Made by a program: the position numbers and the translations under genes
NCBI GenBank assembly: GCA_965223905.1
Contig: CBDCXV010000011.1
Coordinates: 1,760,001 to 1,824,000, forward strand
Origin: Candidatus Latescibacterota bacterium
GTDB lineage: Bacteria > Latescibacterota > UBA2968 > UBA8231
DNA length: 64,000 nucleotides
Reading direction: 5' to 3'
Shown: positions 1 through 10,255 of the stretch, piece by piece
How positions within the stretch are numbered: position 1 is the stretch's first letter
How the letters are laid out: each line of letters opens with the position of its first letter
Notes under the pieces: model-generated
What the model was told of the DNA's origin: nothing
What the model saw: the letters and a program-made list of their open reading frames with translations, nothing else
The model's database searches: none

Positions 1-72
1 CATCAACGCCCAGGCCGGAGGCGTGCATGGGGTGTCTATGGTCAGATCGGCGTGATTCAGATTCAGCGGCAT
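1..72 (-). CDS. 5' end of a conserved hypothetical protein (PPxWAL-motif family), runs off the window edge
   Basis: Reverse strand reads MPLNLNHADLTIDTPCTPPAWALM from an ATG at 72, preceded by GAGGAG, just downstream of the enolase-family stop. Not in the ORF track. Confidence 0.6.
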   Translation of the reverse strand, partial: MPLNLNHADLTIDTPCTPPAWALM

Positions 73-82
73 GTGCGACTCC

Positions 83-1375
83 TCACCGGCTTCGGTAGCG
101 GTCGCGGACCGGCCGGACGCGGGCGCGCTCGAACAGACTCGACCACTCCCCGGAGCCGTCGTCGGGCCGGAGCTCGAGCCGCACGCCTTCGACCTGTGCC
201 GGTCCGTTTCCGGATTTCATGAAGTAGGAATAGCCCTGGTTCGCGTGGGCCATGTGGACGCAGCTGCCATCCGGGTAGAGGATGGTGTTGATGATCCGGG
301 GCTCCGGATGGTCGTATGGCAGACCCTTCTTTCGAAAGGGTTCGAGTTCCGCCTCGGGCACGCGGTATTCCTCCAACGCGTCTTCATCGACCTCGACTCC
401 GAGCCCAGGACCAGAGGGCACCTCGTGGTACCCCCCGACCACCTCGATCCTCTCCTTGAGCAGCGGATGCGTGAACAGATTGATACAGGTGATCGCCGGC
501 CACGTGGCGTGGGTCAGAACCGCCCCGAGATGGGCCGCCCAGGCGGTGGTCAGGCCGTTGCCGACCAGCTGCAGCCAGAAGGGCATCCTCGCCTCGGCGC
601 TGAGCATGCCCTGCCGCATGACCGCGGACTCGCCGGCGCACAGTACATACCCGTCACAGACCTCCTCGCGCAGGACGGTGACGTAGGGAGGGGAGCCGAA
701 GTGCATGGCGAGGGGACGATTGATGGCCTGCCGAATCCGCCGGTTGCCCGCAATGTCGTCCCGGGGGATGGGCTCCTCGAACATGGCGACGATGTCGTAG
801 CGCTCGAGTTTCTCGAGAATGGGGATGGCCGCGGCGGCCGTTTGGAAGGTCCCGTTCGGGTCCAGGTCGAGCCTGAAGTAGCGGGGCACGACCCGGTCGA
901 TGGCCTCCACCTGCTCCAGGATGTCCCACCAGGGCCGCGGCTTGACCTTGAAGCTGGTGTAGCCGTTGGCGACGGCTTCCTGGGCCTCTTCCGCCCACTG
1001 GGACGGGGAGGCATCGATCGACCACCAGGAGATCGGCACCCAGTCCCTGACCTTGGTGCCCAGCAGCTGGTGGACGGGCACCTCGAGAATCCTGCCGACC
1101 ACGTCGAAGAGGGCCATCTGGAGACCACAGCCGAGAGAGTCGTCATGCATCAGACGGGCCGGGCTCTGCCCCAAGACCTTTTCCACGGCCCCGTCCGTTA
1201 CCCGGCCCCAGGTGTAATGGACGACCGTCTCCCCCCACCCGACGTGCCCGGTGTCGGTCGAGACCCTGCACAGCTCGAGTATGTTCCAGTTGTAGACCTC
1301 GCGCGCCGTTATCTGCTGCTGGCGGGGCGTGAACGGCACCACGACGGTGGTGCGTTGGACATCGACGACTTTCAA
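83..1375 (-). CDS. Mandelate racemase/muconate lactonizing enzyme family (enolase superfamily)
   Basis: GWGE N-terminal motif, FKVK, metal ligands DPN / EEP / MHF. Start moved to TTG at 1375 because GGAGG lies just upstream. Confidence 0.85.
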   Translation of the reverse strand: MKVVDVQRTTVVVPFTPRQQQITAREVYNWNILELCRVSTDTGHVGWGETVVHYTWGRVTDGAVEKVLGQSPARLMHDDSLGCGLQMALFDVVGRILEVPVHQLLGTKVRDWVPISWWSIDASPSQWAEEAQEAVANGYTSFKVKPRPWWDILEQVEAIDRVVPRYFRLDLDPNGTFQTAAAAIPILEKLERYDIVAMFEEPIPRDDIAGNRRIRQAINRPLAMHFGSPPYVTVLREEVCDGYVLCAGESAVMRQGMLSAEARMPFWLQLVGNGLTTAWAAHLGAVLTHATWPAITCINLFTHPLLKERIEVVGGYHEVPSGPGLGVEVDEDALEEYRVPEAELEPFRKKGLPYDHPEPRIINTILYPDGSCVHMAHANQGYSYFMKSGNGPAQVEGVRLELRPDDGSGEWSSLFERARVRPVRDRYRSR

Positions 1376-1766
1376 TTTCGGCCCGCCTCCAGTCTTTCCA
1401 TCAGCTTGGCCCCCTGCCCCGGCGCCAGCGGATGGAACCGGAAGTCGCCGACGAAGGCAACCCGCGCCCCCGCACTGACCCGAATGCATTGCGGATCGTT
1501 GTTGAATCCAGCCATACCACCGAAGCGCACCACGGATGCGCTCTTGCCGAGGTGGCCGACGGCCGAAGCCGGATCGCAGCCGTTGATGGACGCAGGCGAC
1601 GCCCCGCCGTCGCTTGAACTTTCCTTGTCCTTTGTCTGTTAGAGCAGGCGGGGAACAGCAAGGCCGTAACGATCGCGACGAACGGGATCAGTCTACCTCG
1701 ACGGTCGCACTTCTGTTGCGATGTCACTTGCAGCCCTCTCGACGACCGGCTCCTCACCCCGATCTC

Positions 1767-4313
1767 CTACAGCCCGAACCGGCGATTGAACTTCACCAGT
1801 GCGATGTTGTCGCCGCCGTCGGTGAAGGAGCGAACGACGGAGCTCAGCGGCTTGAAGTCGGGATCGCGAGCGTCGTCGAAGTCGCGGTCCCGGTTCTGCT
1901 GCCACACGAAGAACAGGGTACTGCCAGGCCTGTACTCCCAGCGCATGACCAGGTTGAAGCGCAGGGCCCTCCGCCTGAAATCGCGGTTGTCCTCCACGCC
2001 GTACGGCAGGAACTCGTAGGAACGGGGCCTGGCGAGCTCCTTGACGGCACCGTAGTCGCCGGTCGTCGCGAAGGGGCTGAGGTACAGCTGCAGGCTCAAC
2101 CTCGGCGTGAAGGCGTAGGTGCCGCGCACGACGATCTCGAAGACCCGGCTCTCGAGCTCAGCGAACACGAAGCGGTCGTCCTCGCCGTCCCCGTCGTCGT
2201 CGACGTTCCGGATCCACTGGGCATGGTTCTTCTGGTTATGGTAGTTGGGATTGAGCTGGATTTCGACGACAGACACAGGCCGGGCCTCGACGAGGACGCC
2301 GATCCACTTTCTGACGTTGTCGCCGCCTTGGCCGTAGACCACGTTGGTGCCCAACCAGCCGCTCACCGGCTTGCGGTCGTCGCTCCACACGCGGAGACTC
2401 GCCGAGACTCGGCCGGGACGAACCATGACCGGTCCGCCGCGGGTGTTCACGTCGTCGGCGGCGTCGAACTCGCGGCCGAGATAGGTCGAGAACCCCCAGT
2501 AGCTGTGCAGGTGGTGCCGCATGTAGTAGTCGATGCCGCGCGACAGCTCGTCGCCGTCGAAGTTCCAGTGGTGCCAGACGTCGAGTCTGAACACGGACCG
2601 GCGCGCAAACCGGTTCGGGTCGAGGATGTTGTAGAACAGCCTGGCGCCGGCCTGCAGGCGGTCGTTGCGGCTCATGTAACCGAGGTCGTTGGCGTCGAAG
2701 CGGGGCGAGCGAGCGTCGACGTAGGCCTGCCCGCCGAAGGAGCCGTAGGGCTTGGACAGGTGGAGGGTCCCCTCCCAGCCGGTGTCGCGCTCGTCGGCCT
2801 GCCCGGCACGGCTTACCGCCAGGCGGCTGTAGACGCGGTAGGCGTTGTCCCACCATTTCATGTGGACGTCGCCGGCGCCGACGTATGCGGGATCGAAGCC
2901 CTCGCCGTTCATCGCCGTGAGCTGGGCACCGAGGGTCGAGTTGGTCAGCACGTCCTGCTGCACGCGGCCGGCGAAGTAGTTCGTGAGGGGCTCGACTTCG
3001 TAGCGACTGCGTACCGTGTCCGCAAGACCCGTCCGGGCGTCGGCGAGGCGCTCCTCGATGAGCGCCTGCTCCCTGGCGGTGACCGCGTTCAGGACTCCGA
3101 AGGCCGTGCGGCCCGTCGTTTTGCCCGAAACCTTCACGGCCCCGAGAATCGTCGTGCTGCCCGGCCTGTCGATCTCCTCGGCACCCGCAGGCAGGCCGAA
3201 ACGCGACGGCTGCCGTCCGATGCGCCGGGAGTGGAACAACCGGGTCGGCCCCTCGATGCCGGCGATGTTCGGCCCGGGGGTCTGGAAGATCGAGATCCCC
3301 TCCTGGAAGAAGGGCCGGCGCTCCTGAAGGAAGGTCTCGAAGACGCTCAGGTTGAGAACGGCCGGGTCGGCCTCTACCTGACCGAAGTCGGGGGTCACGG
3401 TGGCGTTCACGGAGATGTTGGACGTCAGGCCGTAGCGCATGTCGACGCCGAGGGCCGAGTGCAGGTCGCGCCGGTCTCGTTCGCCGTCGATGCCGGGCGA
3501 CGAGATGCTGCGGCCGAGGGCGAAGGGAAAGAGTTCCAGACGGCGCGGCGGACGGATCCGCTCGATCCCCTCGAGATGGCCGAAGCGGGAAATCCAGCCG
3601 TTGACGCCGCGCGGGACGAGGGTCCAGTAGACCCTTTCCTGCCGGCGCGAGATCCTGCGGACCACGTTGAATCCCCACGTGTAGGATTCCTTTGCGCCGA
3701 ACCGCAGGTCGTGGTAGGGGATCTTCATCTCCACGGACCAGCCGTCGTCGCGAATCTTCGTGCGCGCTTCCCACACCCCGTCCCAGGTCCAATCCCCGCC
3801 GCCGTCGTTGTAAGAGATGCCGTCGCCCATCCAGCCCGAAGGGCCGACGAAAAAGAACGCACCCGTCAGGTGATCGTGATGGGGGTCCAGGCTCACCTCG
3901 AAGATGTCCCTTTCGCGCCACTCGTCGCGACGGGCCAGGCGGGCGGTGATGCGGTGGGGCTGGCTGTCGTAGCACATGCCGGCGATGTAGAGCGCCTCGT
4001 CGTCGTAGACGACCTTGAATTCCGTGCGCTCGGTGGCCGGCTTTCCCTCGTCCGGGTCGCGCTGGATGAAGCCGGCGTGCACGGGCGCGCCGAGCCAGGC
4101 TTCGTCGTCGAGGACGCCATCGATGACGGGGGGGACCTCAGCCCGTATAACCCGAGCGACCCGCTGCGGGTGCTGGAGCCAACGGGCCATGTGCTCGCCG
4201 GTCGTGTCGACGGCCGCGCTGCCGGGGCTGTCGGCAACCGCTGCCGCGGCGGCCAGCAGGCCGAGGCCGGCCAGCTGTGCAGCGAGCGATCGGATCGGCT
4301 GCAGACCTTTCAC
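1767..4313 (-). CDS. DUF5916 family protein with N-terminal CBM9-like domain (probable outer-membrane protein)
   Basis: Signal peptide; PVIDGVLDDEAW, YDDEALYI, WDGVW, GWSVEMKIP, PDFGQVEADPAVLNLS, ERRPFFQEG, LFHSRRIG, WEYRPGSTLFFVW motifs. Confidence 0.85.
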   Translation of the reverse strand: MKGLQPIRSLAAQLAGLGLLAAAAAVADSPGSAAVDTTGEHMARWLQHPQRVARVIRAEVPPVIDGVLDDEAWLGAPVHAGFIQRDPDEGKPATERTEFKVVYDDEALYIAGMCYDSQPHRITARLARRDEWRERDIFEVSLDPHHDHLTGAFFFVGPSGWMGDGISYNDGGGDWTWDGVWEARTKIRDDGWSVEMKIPYHDLRFGAKESYTWGFNVVRRISRRQERVYWTLVPRGVNGWISRFGHLEGIERIRPPRRLELFPFALGRSISSPGIDGERDRRDLHSALGVDMRYGLTSNISVNATVTPDFGQVEADPAVLNLSVFETFLQERRPFFQEGISIFQTPGPNIAGIEGPTRLFHSRRIGRQPSRFGLPAGAEEIDRPGSTTILGAVKVSGKTTGRTAFGVLNAVTAREQALIEERLADARTGLADTVRSRYEVEPLTNYFAGRVQQDVLTNSTLGAQLTAMNGEGFDPAYVGAGDVHMKWWDNAYRVYSRLAVSRAGQADERDTGWEGTLHLSKPYGSFGGQAYVDARSPRFDANDLGYMSRNDRLQAGARLFYNILDPNRFARRSVFRLDVWHHWNFDGDELSRGIDYYMRHHLHSYWGFSTYLGREFDAADDVNTRGGPVMVRPGRVSASLRVWSDDRKPVSGWLGTNVVYGQGGDNVRKWIGVLVEARPVSVVEIQLNPNYHNQKNHAQWIRNVDDDGDGEDDRFVFAELESRVFEIVVRGTYAFTPRLSLQLYLSPFATTGDYGAVKELARPRSYEFLPYGVEDNRDFRRRALRFNLVMRWEYRPGSTLFFVWQQNRDRDFDDARDPDFKPLSSVVRSFTDGGDNIALVKFNRRFGL

Positions 4314-4378
4314 CCAGGGTGATTCGAAGCCGAAAAAATCACGAAGTCCTCACCTCATTCGCCGTCAGGGAGGCCCGG

Positions 4379-4927
4379 TCACGCGTGCGGATCGAAGTTC
4401 TCCAGGTCCGGCTCGATCACCAGGCCCTGCTGCAGATCGAACTCGACTTCTACCGAGTGTTCGTGGTAGTCCTGATCCCCGCGTATGGTCGTGTACAGCT
4501 CCTCGCCGTCCACGGACATCGGCATCGTGTGCCAGACGCCCAGATGCAGGCAGACCCCCACCCTGCCCTCGCCGTAAAAGGCGCGCATCTCCTCCGCTCT
4601 GAGCGGCTCCCCGACGCCGCCGACGATGTACACCGTCGGTTTGCCGTTCTCGGGGAAGAAGGATTGTCCCGCATCGGTGTGGTAGGCGAAATGGCCCCGC
4701 TTCAGGCCCTCCGACAGGGGGGTTCGGTTCTTGTCCGCGGCATACCATTCCGGTCCGTCCTTCGGCTCTCCGGCGGATATTTCAGTATAGGCGTGCTTCT
4801 CGTACGAACTGTGGTTGCCCTTTACAATGTCGGGCCTGCGCTCCTCCAGGCTGGTGATGAGATGACCAAAAGGGGCGAAGTACTCCGGCCTGAGGCGTTC
4901 GATTTTTATCTTGACCGATTTCCACAT
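4379..4927 (-). CDS. Ureidoglycolate lyase-like cupin protein (paralog 2)
   Basis: IERLRPEYFAPFGHLI N-terminus, H..AGQSFFP, GVWHTMP. Start set at MWKSVK after AGGAGGAG. Confidence 0.7.
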   Translation of the reverse strand: MWKSVKIKIERLRPEYFAPFGHLITSLEERRPDIVKGNHSSYEKHAYTEISAGEPKDGPEWYAADKNRTPLSEGLKRGHFAYHTDAGQSFFPENGKPTVYIVGGVGEPLRAEEMRAFYGEGRVGVCLHLGVWHTMPMSVDGEELYTTIRGDQDYHEHSVEVEFDLQQGLVIEPDLENFDPHA

Positions 4928-4987
4928 GGATTCTCCTCCTTTCTGTGACAGCTCGCATTGGGGCGGCATCGAGCCGGCCGTGCGCAC

Positions 4988-5800
4988 TCACCCCGAAAGT
5001 TTCCGGAAGTAGTCGCGAAACGCGACCGTGTCCGTGACGTTGTTGCCGCCGTACTCCAGCTCGATCCAACCTCGATAACCGGTTTTGTCCATGACCCGGA
5101 AAACGCGCTTCCAGTCCAGCGTGTTCTCTTCCAGGCCACAGGTGCCGCGGCGGTTGCTGACTCCGCGGGCGTGAAAATGGCTGGAGTATTGAATCAGCCG
5201 CTCGATTTCTGCCTCCGAATAGCCCCGCGGATACATGTGGGCATAGTCGAGGGTCAGGGTCAGGCCCGGCACGCCGTGCACCAGCCTTTCGGCGCGTTTG
5301 GGCGTATCCGCAAAAGACCCGATGTGGGGCTCTATGGCAAACGTGATTCCGTGCTCCTTTGCCCGCTCCACCCTCCAGGCCAGCTCGTCAGCCGCCCGGG
5401 CCAGCGAGTCCCGCCGGCTCTCTTGTGCGAAGTGCGCCCCGGGCAGGGCGGTCAGATGCCTTCCTCGGCATTCGGCCGTGTAGTCCAGCGCCTTGAGGAA
5501 GGCGTCGCGGGCCTGGCGCCGGCGTCGCGGCTGCGGGTGGTTGACCGCATGCGATTCGTAGTCCAATGCCAGTTGCAGGAATATGTCGGCGGCAACCAGA
5601 CCGCGGTCGTCCAGTCTCTTCTTCAGTTTGCGCGCCGAGCTGCGCACGCTCTTGAATTCAGTGGATGGCCGCAGGTGGGACCGGTCCTCGAACAGCCCGA
5701 TGTCCACCCCCTTGATTCCCAGCATGGAGATCAACTGCAGAGCCTGGTCGTGGGGCAGGTCGGGATAGGTGAAATCAGAGCAGGCCAGCTTGAGCTTCAC
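4988..5800 (-). CDS. Sugar phosphate isomerase/epimerase (xylose isomerase-like TIM barrel)
   Basis: FAIEPH, TLDYAH, HFHAR, GYRGWIELE motifs; GTG start overlaps the upstream stop. Confidence 0.85.
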   Translation of the reverse strand: MKLKLACSDFTYPDLPHDQALQLISMLGIKGVDIGLFEDRSHLRPSTEFKSVRSSARKLKKRLDDRGLVAADIFLQLALDYESHAVNHPQPRRRRQARDAFLKALDYTAECRGRHLTALPGAHFAQESRRDSLARAADELAWRVERAKEHGITFAIEPHIGSFADTPKRAERLVHGVPGLTLTLDYAHMYPRGYSEAEIERLIQYSSHFHARGVSNRRGTCGLEENTLDWKRVFRVMDKTGYRGWIELEYGGNNVTDTVAFRDYFRKLSG

Positions 5801-7038
5801 GATTGCCCGATCCCCAGCGCCGCGTCGATATCAGCCTGGTACTCGTAGACCTGACCGCTCTCCACCTCGCTCATTTTCACGGCTCTTCCCGCCGCCGCGG
5901 ACTCGAACACGGCATAGAGCGCGGCCACGTCCTTCAGGCCGCAGGCCCCGTCCACCTCGACCCGGCGTCCGTTCAGGACCGCCTCCCCCATCTCGTGCAG
6001 CTCGTAGGCGAGCAGCTTGATGTCCACCTTCGGATCGGTGTCGGTGACGCCGGTCGGAAACAGGTACCGCGTCAGCGGATCCAGGACCAGATCCGGATGG
6101 GCGGCCAGCAGCTGCTCCTGTTTCATCTTCCCGCCGCGGCGTTCGAGGCTGACGCGGCTGCCTCGATTGCCGAACCCGTCAATGCATCCCCGGTCCCCGA
6201 GGATCAGGGTGCGGCTGCTGGAACCGTGACCGCTGACCGCCACGATGAAGTTGAGCATGACGCCGCTCTCCATCCTGAACAGGGCCTGAGCGGTGTCTTC
6301 GGTCGCGGCTTCGATCTCCTCGTCCATGGCCTCGAACCGCTTGCGGTAGAATTCGTACTCCATCGACATGGACTCCGACTTGCCGCGCACCGGTTCCACC
6401 ATTCTCGCATCCCCGTAGACCTCGGCGATGTCCCCCAACTGGTAGCGGATCATGTGGGTGAAGTGGACGGCGAGATCCAGGATGAAGCCGCCCCGCTCCT
6501 TGTGGTGGCGCCAGGGGGTGATGAATATGTGGTTTCCGGCTTGCAGACTGTGGAACAGAGCCATGTACACGGTGCCGATCTCACCCGTCTCCAGCAGGTG
6601 GCGAACCACTCGCGCCGACGGGTCCCTGCGGAAGTTCTCCGCCACCGAGATGATGCGATCGTTGCGCCTGGCCGCATCCACCATCATCCGGCAGGCGCGC
6701 ACGGTGATGGCCATCGGTTTTTCCACGAGAACGTCGAGCCCCAGATCCAGCGCCTGGCAGACCACCCGGTGATGCACCGAGGGGTCCGTCACCACGTCCA
6801 CGGCCGCCAGGTCGCCGGTGTCGCGGGCCATCTCCTCCAGATCGGTGAACACCCGGGGCCGGACACCCAACAGCTCCTCCGCTTCCCTGGCGGCCATTTC
6901 CGCGTTCTCGCGCCGGATGTCGCAGAGCGCGGCAAGCTCCACGTTGGCGAAAGGACTCTCCGTCAACTCCCTCAATCCGTACAGGTGCCGCGTGCCCATG
7001 CCGCCGCATCCCACCAGCCCCAGGCGAAGCTTCTCCAT
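5797..7038 (-). CDS. Gfo/Idh/MocA family oxidoreductase
   Basis: LVGCGGMG Rossmann motif, LVEKPMA, GGFILDLAVH. Confidence 0.9.
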   Translation of the reverse strand: MEKLRLGLVGCGGMGTRHLYGLRELTESPFANVELAALCDIRRENAEMAAREAEELLGVRPRVFTDLEEMARDTGDLAAVDVVTDPSVHHRVVCQALDLGLDVLVEKPMAITVRACRMMVDAARRNDRIISVAENFRRDPSARVVRHLLETGEIGTVYMALFHSLQAGNHIFITPWRHHKERGGFILDLAVHFTHMIRYQLGDIAEVYGDARMVEPVRGKSESMSMEYEFYRKRFEAMDEEIEAATEDTAQALFRMESGVMLNFIVAVSGHGSSSRTLILGDRGCIDGFGNRGSRVSLERRGGKMKQEQLLAAHPDLVLDPLTRYLFPTGVTDTDPKVDIKLLAYELHEMGEAVLNGRRVEVDGACGLKDVAALYAVFESAAAGRAVKMSEVESGQVYEYQADIDAALGIGQS

Positions 7039-7053
7039 GTCGTCCCCTTCCCC

Positions 7054-7572
7054 TCAGTCTTTCCAGCCGGGGAAGTTTTCCATATCAGGCTCGAGGGCCA
7101 GGCCTCTGTCTTCGTCGAAGTGCACGTCGATCGAGTGGGCGTGGTAGTCCTGATCGCCGCGGGCGGTCAGGAAGACCTCGTCCCCTCTCAGGCAGACCGG
7201 CATGGTATGCCAGACTCCCAGGTCCATGCACACGCCGAGACTGCCATCGGAGTAGAAGGCCCGCAGATCTTCCGGTTCGATCACCGGCTGCACCGGCGCC
7301 ACCCAGAACACGGACGGACAGTGCCGGCTCGGATAGAAGGACTGGCCGGCGTCGTCGTGGCAGGCGAAGTGGCCCCGCAGGCGTCCTTCGTGCAGCGACA
7401 GCTTCTCCGGCACCGGATCGGGGATGTTTCCGGTGACTTCGTAGGCGTTCTCCACGAGGGCGCCCACGCGCACTTCCGGCTTGGCTTCGTCGAAGGTGGC
7501 GATCGCTTTCCCGAAAGGCGCGAAGGATTCCCGGGTGAGTTCCTCGACTTTGACTTTGAGAATCTTCAGCAT
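7054..7572 (-). CDS. Ureidoglycolate lyase-like cupin protein (paralog 1)
   Basis: VEELTRESFAPFG, HDDAGQSFYP, GVWHTMP; GGAGG upstream of ATG 7572. Confidence 0.7.
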   Translation of the reverse strand: MLKILKVKVEELTRESFAPFGKAIATFDEAKPEVRVGALVENAYEVTGNIPDPVPEKLSLHEGRLRGHFACHDDAGQSFYPSRHCPSVFWVAPVQPVIEPEDLRAFYSDGSLGVCMDLGVWHTMPVCLRGDEVFLTARGDQDYHAHSIDVHFDEDRGLALEPDMENFPGWKD

Positions 7573-7602
7573 GTGCCTGGAACCTCCTTGAAGCATATCC
7601 AT

Positions 7603-8673
7603 TCAGACTCCGGGGTCGCTTCCCCGGCGGTTGGCCATCGTCTGCGCCGTCAGGTCGAAGAGCGTATCGTGGCCGTTGAAGAAACGCTCGAACTCATCGA
7701 CCATGAGCTTGAACATCCGCGTGTAGCTGGAGGCCACCACCCCGGCGATGTGGGGGCTCAGGAACACGTTATCCAGCTGCGTGATCTCGTGGCCGCCGAC
7801 GGGCTCGGGATCGAACACGTCCAGTCCGGCGATGAGCCCCCCGCGTTTGAGCCGGGCAACCAGCGCATCCGAGTCGACGACGACGCCCCGCGACACGTTG
7901 ACGAAAACCCGGCCGTCCGGGATCAGGTCGAGCTCCCGCCGGCCGATCATGCCCTCGGTAGCCGGGGTATGCGGAACCAGGCAGACGATCGCATCGCACT
8001 GGGTGAGCACGTTGTCCAGCGACGTCTTGAGAAAGCCGACCGCATCCGACATCTCCGCTGACAGGTAGGGATCGTGTACCCAGATTTCCGTATCGAAGGG
8101 TCGCAGCAGTTTGACGAGCCGCCGGCCGATGTGACCGCAGCCGATCAGACCCACCCGCTTGCCGGTCAATTCCCCGTTCAGATAGCCCGGGTCGGTCCGG
8201 ACCCGGTAGGAATCCATCCTGCCGGAGATGAGGCGGCGGAAGTGCAGTCCGGCGTTGCGCAGGGAGATGATGATGAGGGCCAGGGCCCATTCCGCCACCG
8301 GGTAGGAGGAGCCGTTGGTCGTATCGACGGTGCGAATGCCGCGCTTCCAGGCCGCCTCCACGTCGATGCGAGCGGCGAAACGGTCGCCTTCCAGCTCGCC
8401 GATGATCCTCAAACAGGGGGCCCTGTCCATGAGCTCCGCGCCGATGGGAGGAGCGCCCGATGAAACCACGAGGCCGTCTACGTCCCCCAAGCGCTCGGCG
8501 AGCTGCCGCGACACTTCCTCATTGTCGCGGACGTCGTAATTTTCCCCCACTTCGCATCGAAACAGATCCAGTCCGGCGAGGCGTTTCAGGCGCTCCATTT
8601 CCGCGGCGTCCAGGTATTGCTCACGCACCTCGGCGTTGGCGGCTATCAGCACTTTAGGGACCCGGCCACCCAT
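7603..8673 (-). CDS. D-isomer-specific 2-hydroxyacid dehydrogenase (SerA-like)
   Basis: GLIGCGHIG, VNVSRG, AGLDVFDPEP, SPHIAG. Start set at MGGRVP after GAGAGG. Confidence 0.9.
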   Translation of the reverse strand: MGGRVPKVLIAANAEVREQYLDAAEMERLKRLAGLDLFRCEVGENYDVRDNEEVSRQLAERLGDVDGLVVSSGAPPIGAELMDRAPCLRIIGELEGDRFAARIDVEAAWKRGIRTVDTTNGSSYPVAEWALALIIISLRNAGLHFRRLISGRMDSYRVRTDPGYLNGELTGKRVGLIGCGHIGRRLVKLLRPFDTEIWVHDPYLSAEMSDAVGFLKTSLDNVLTQCDAIVCLVPHTPATEGMIGRRELDLIPDGRVFVNVSRGVVVDSDALVARLKRGGLIAGLDVFDPEPVGGHEITQLDNVFLSPHIAGVVASSYTRMFKLMVDEFERFFNGHDTLFDLTAQTMANRRGSDPGV

Positions 8674-8887
8674 AGCAGTCCTCTCGTTCAGTCGATTCGT
8701 GGAGCGGGATTTCCGGGCCTGCAGAACTCCATTTGCCCGCATCGCATCCATGGGCCCGGTAGCCCGGAGTGCTCTCCGTCATCGACACGCCCAGCGGCCC
8801 GGCGGGTCGGTGCGAAACTTGAGAAGCGCGCGCGGAGATGGCTGACTATGTATCGCCTCGAGTTTCCGTCCCCGGGTTGCCCCGAGC

Positions 8888-10255
8888 TCAGGGGCGTTCC
8901 CGCAAACGCAGGAGCTTGCCGCCGCCGGCCACCAGATCGAGCTGCGAGCGCGAGCCGTCCGAGAGCGGACGCCATTGCCCTCGTTCGGCGTCGAACTCCT
9001 CCATGTCTCCCGGGCCGACAACCGTCGCCGCGATATCCTTGCCGTGGTCCAGGTTCACCACGAGGACGTGCGTGGTCTCGCCGTTGGACCCGAAGAAGCC
9101 CCAGAGCACTCCCATATCCCGCTCCGGATCAAAGGGAGGATCCACGGTAAACGCAGCGCCGGCCGGCAGCTCCTCCACCATCCCTCCCGCCGGGGCCTGC
9201 CCGGAATGATACACAGCGAGCGAAGTCAACGGCTGCAGCTCCTCGGCGACGGCGACGAACTCCGGGTGGATTCGCCGCACGGCCTCTCCCAACGGGGTCA
9301 GCGGCGCCGCGGCGTCGGCGTCGGCACGCTCCGCGTTCCACTCCGTGTCTTCGAATCCGGAAATGCCTCCATGGAAATCCCCGTAGGGCCAGTACACGAA
9401 ATGCGAGATCCCCTGGCCGCCGTACGCCAGCGTGGTGTACGCCAGGTACCTGCTCTCGTCCCCGTCGGGTATGCGGTGGGACTCGCCCAGGGAAACGGCC
9501 TGTATGACGTTGATGAAGGGAATGCCCCCGTACAGTGCCGCCTCGCGCACGAGTGCGAGGTTCATGAAATACTGATTGCCGTCGTGGTTCGTGTAGAGGT
9601 TGTAATGGTCGTAGCTGATCAGGCCGGGCTTGACGATGTCGACGTACTGGCGCAGGTGTTCCCGGTAGGCCTCGACGGTGCCGCCGGAGGTGCCTAGCGC
9701 GACGGCGCTGGCGTAGGTGGGAAACAGGTTGATGTGGGCCAGGTGGGCGGGATCGCGCTCGCGTATGTAGTCGACGAGCCTTGCGAACTCCGGAAACCTG
9801 ACGGCGCTGGGCTCGTCGGTGATTGCGTAGGAGTACAGGGCGGGGTGGTCTTTGACGCTGTCGATGACCGAGTCGAGCCTCGCCTTGGCTTCCGGGTCGT
9901 CGAGGTTGCCGGGCTCTCTCAGGTCCCAGGCGATCAGGTCTACCCGCAATCCGTGCGCATGGGCGACGTCGAGATCTTCGACGGAGCTCCCCCAGGCCAG
10001 GTTGAACCCCCCGTCGACGAGCTTTCTCGCCATCCCGTCGGTCAATGGACCCCACCTGCCCCCTCCGCCGCCGGGTCCGTGGTAGTAGGCGACGATGGGA
10101 GTTCCGATCTCCCAGCCGCCGACCTCCGACTGGTTCGCAGTTGTCATCGGGGAGCTGCCGGCACACCCCAGCAGCGAAAGACACAAGGCCAGCGACAAAA
10201 CACGCTTGTGCAATGGCGAAAGCAGCATCGGGATTCTCCTTGCCTTGATGGCCAT
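8888..10255 (-). CDS. Putative lipoprotein with glycoside-hydrolase-like TIM barrel
   Basis: Hydrophobic signal with LLGC lipobox; HPALYSYAITDEP, ISYDHY, LAYGGQGISHF resemble GH-A clan-like barrels. Confidence 0.6.
   Translation of the reverse strand: MAIKARRIPMLLSPLHKRVLSLALCLSLLGCAGSSPMTTANQSEVGGWEIGTPIVAYYHGPGGGGGRWGPLTDGMARKLVDGGFNLAWGSSVEDLDVAHAHGLRVDLIAWDLREPGNLDDPEAKARLDSVIDSVKDHPALYSYAITDEPSAVRFPEFARLVDYIRERDPAHLAHINLFPTYASAVALGTSGGTVEAYREHLRQYVDIVKPGLISYDHYNLYTNHDGNQYFMNLALVREAALYGGIPFINVIQAVSLGESHRIPDGDESRYLAYTTLAYGGQGISHFVYWPYGDFHGGISGFEDTEWNAERADADAAAPLTPLGEAVRRIHPEFVAVAEELQPLTSLAVYHSGQAPAGGMVEELPAGAAFTVDPPFDPERDMGVLWGFFGSNGETTHVLVVNLDHGKDIAATVVGPGDMEEFDAERGQWRPLSDGSRSQLDLVAGGGKLLRLRERP

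Noticed and set aside
71-8061. Long plus-strand ORFs (523, 902, 752 aa) and many similar antisense ORFs across the window
   Set aside because: They are shadows of real opposite-strand genes in high-GC DNA, with no motifs and Arg/Pro/Gly-rich composition.
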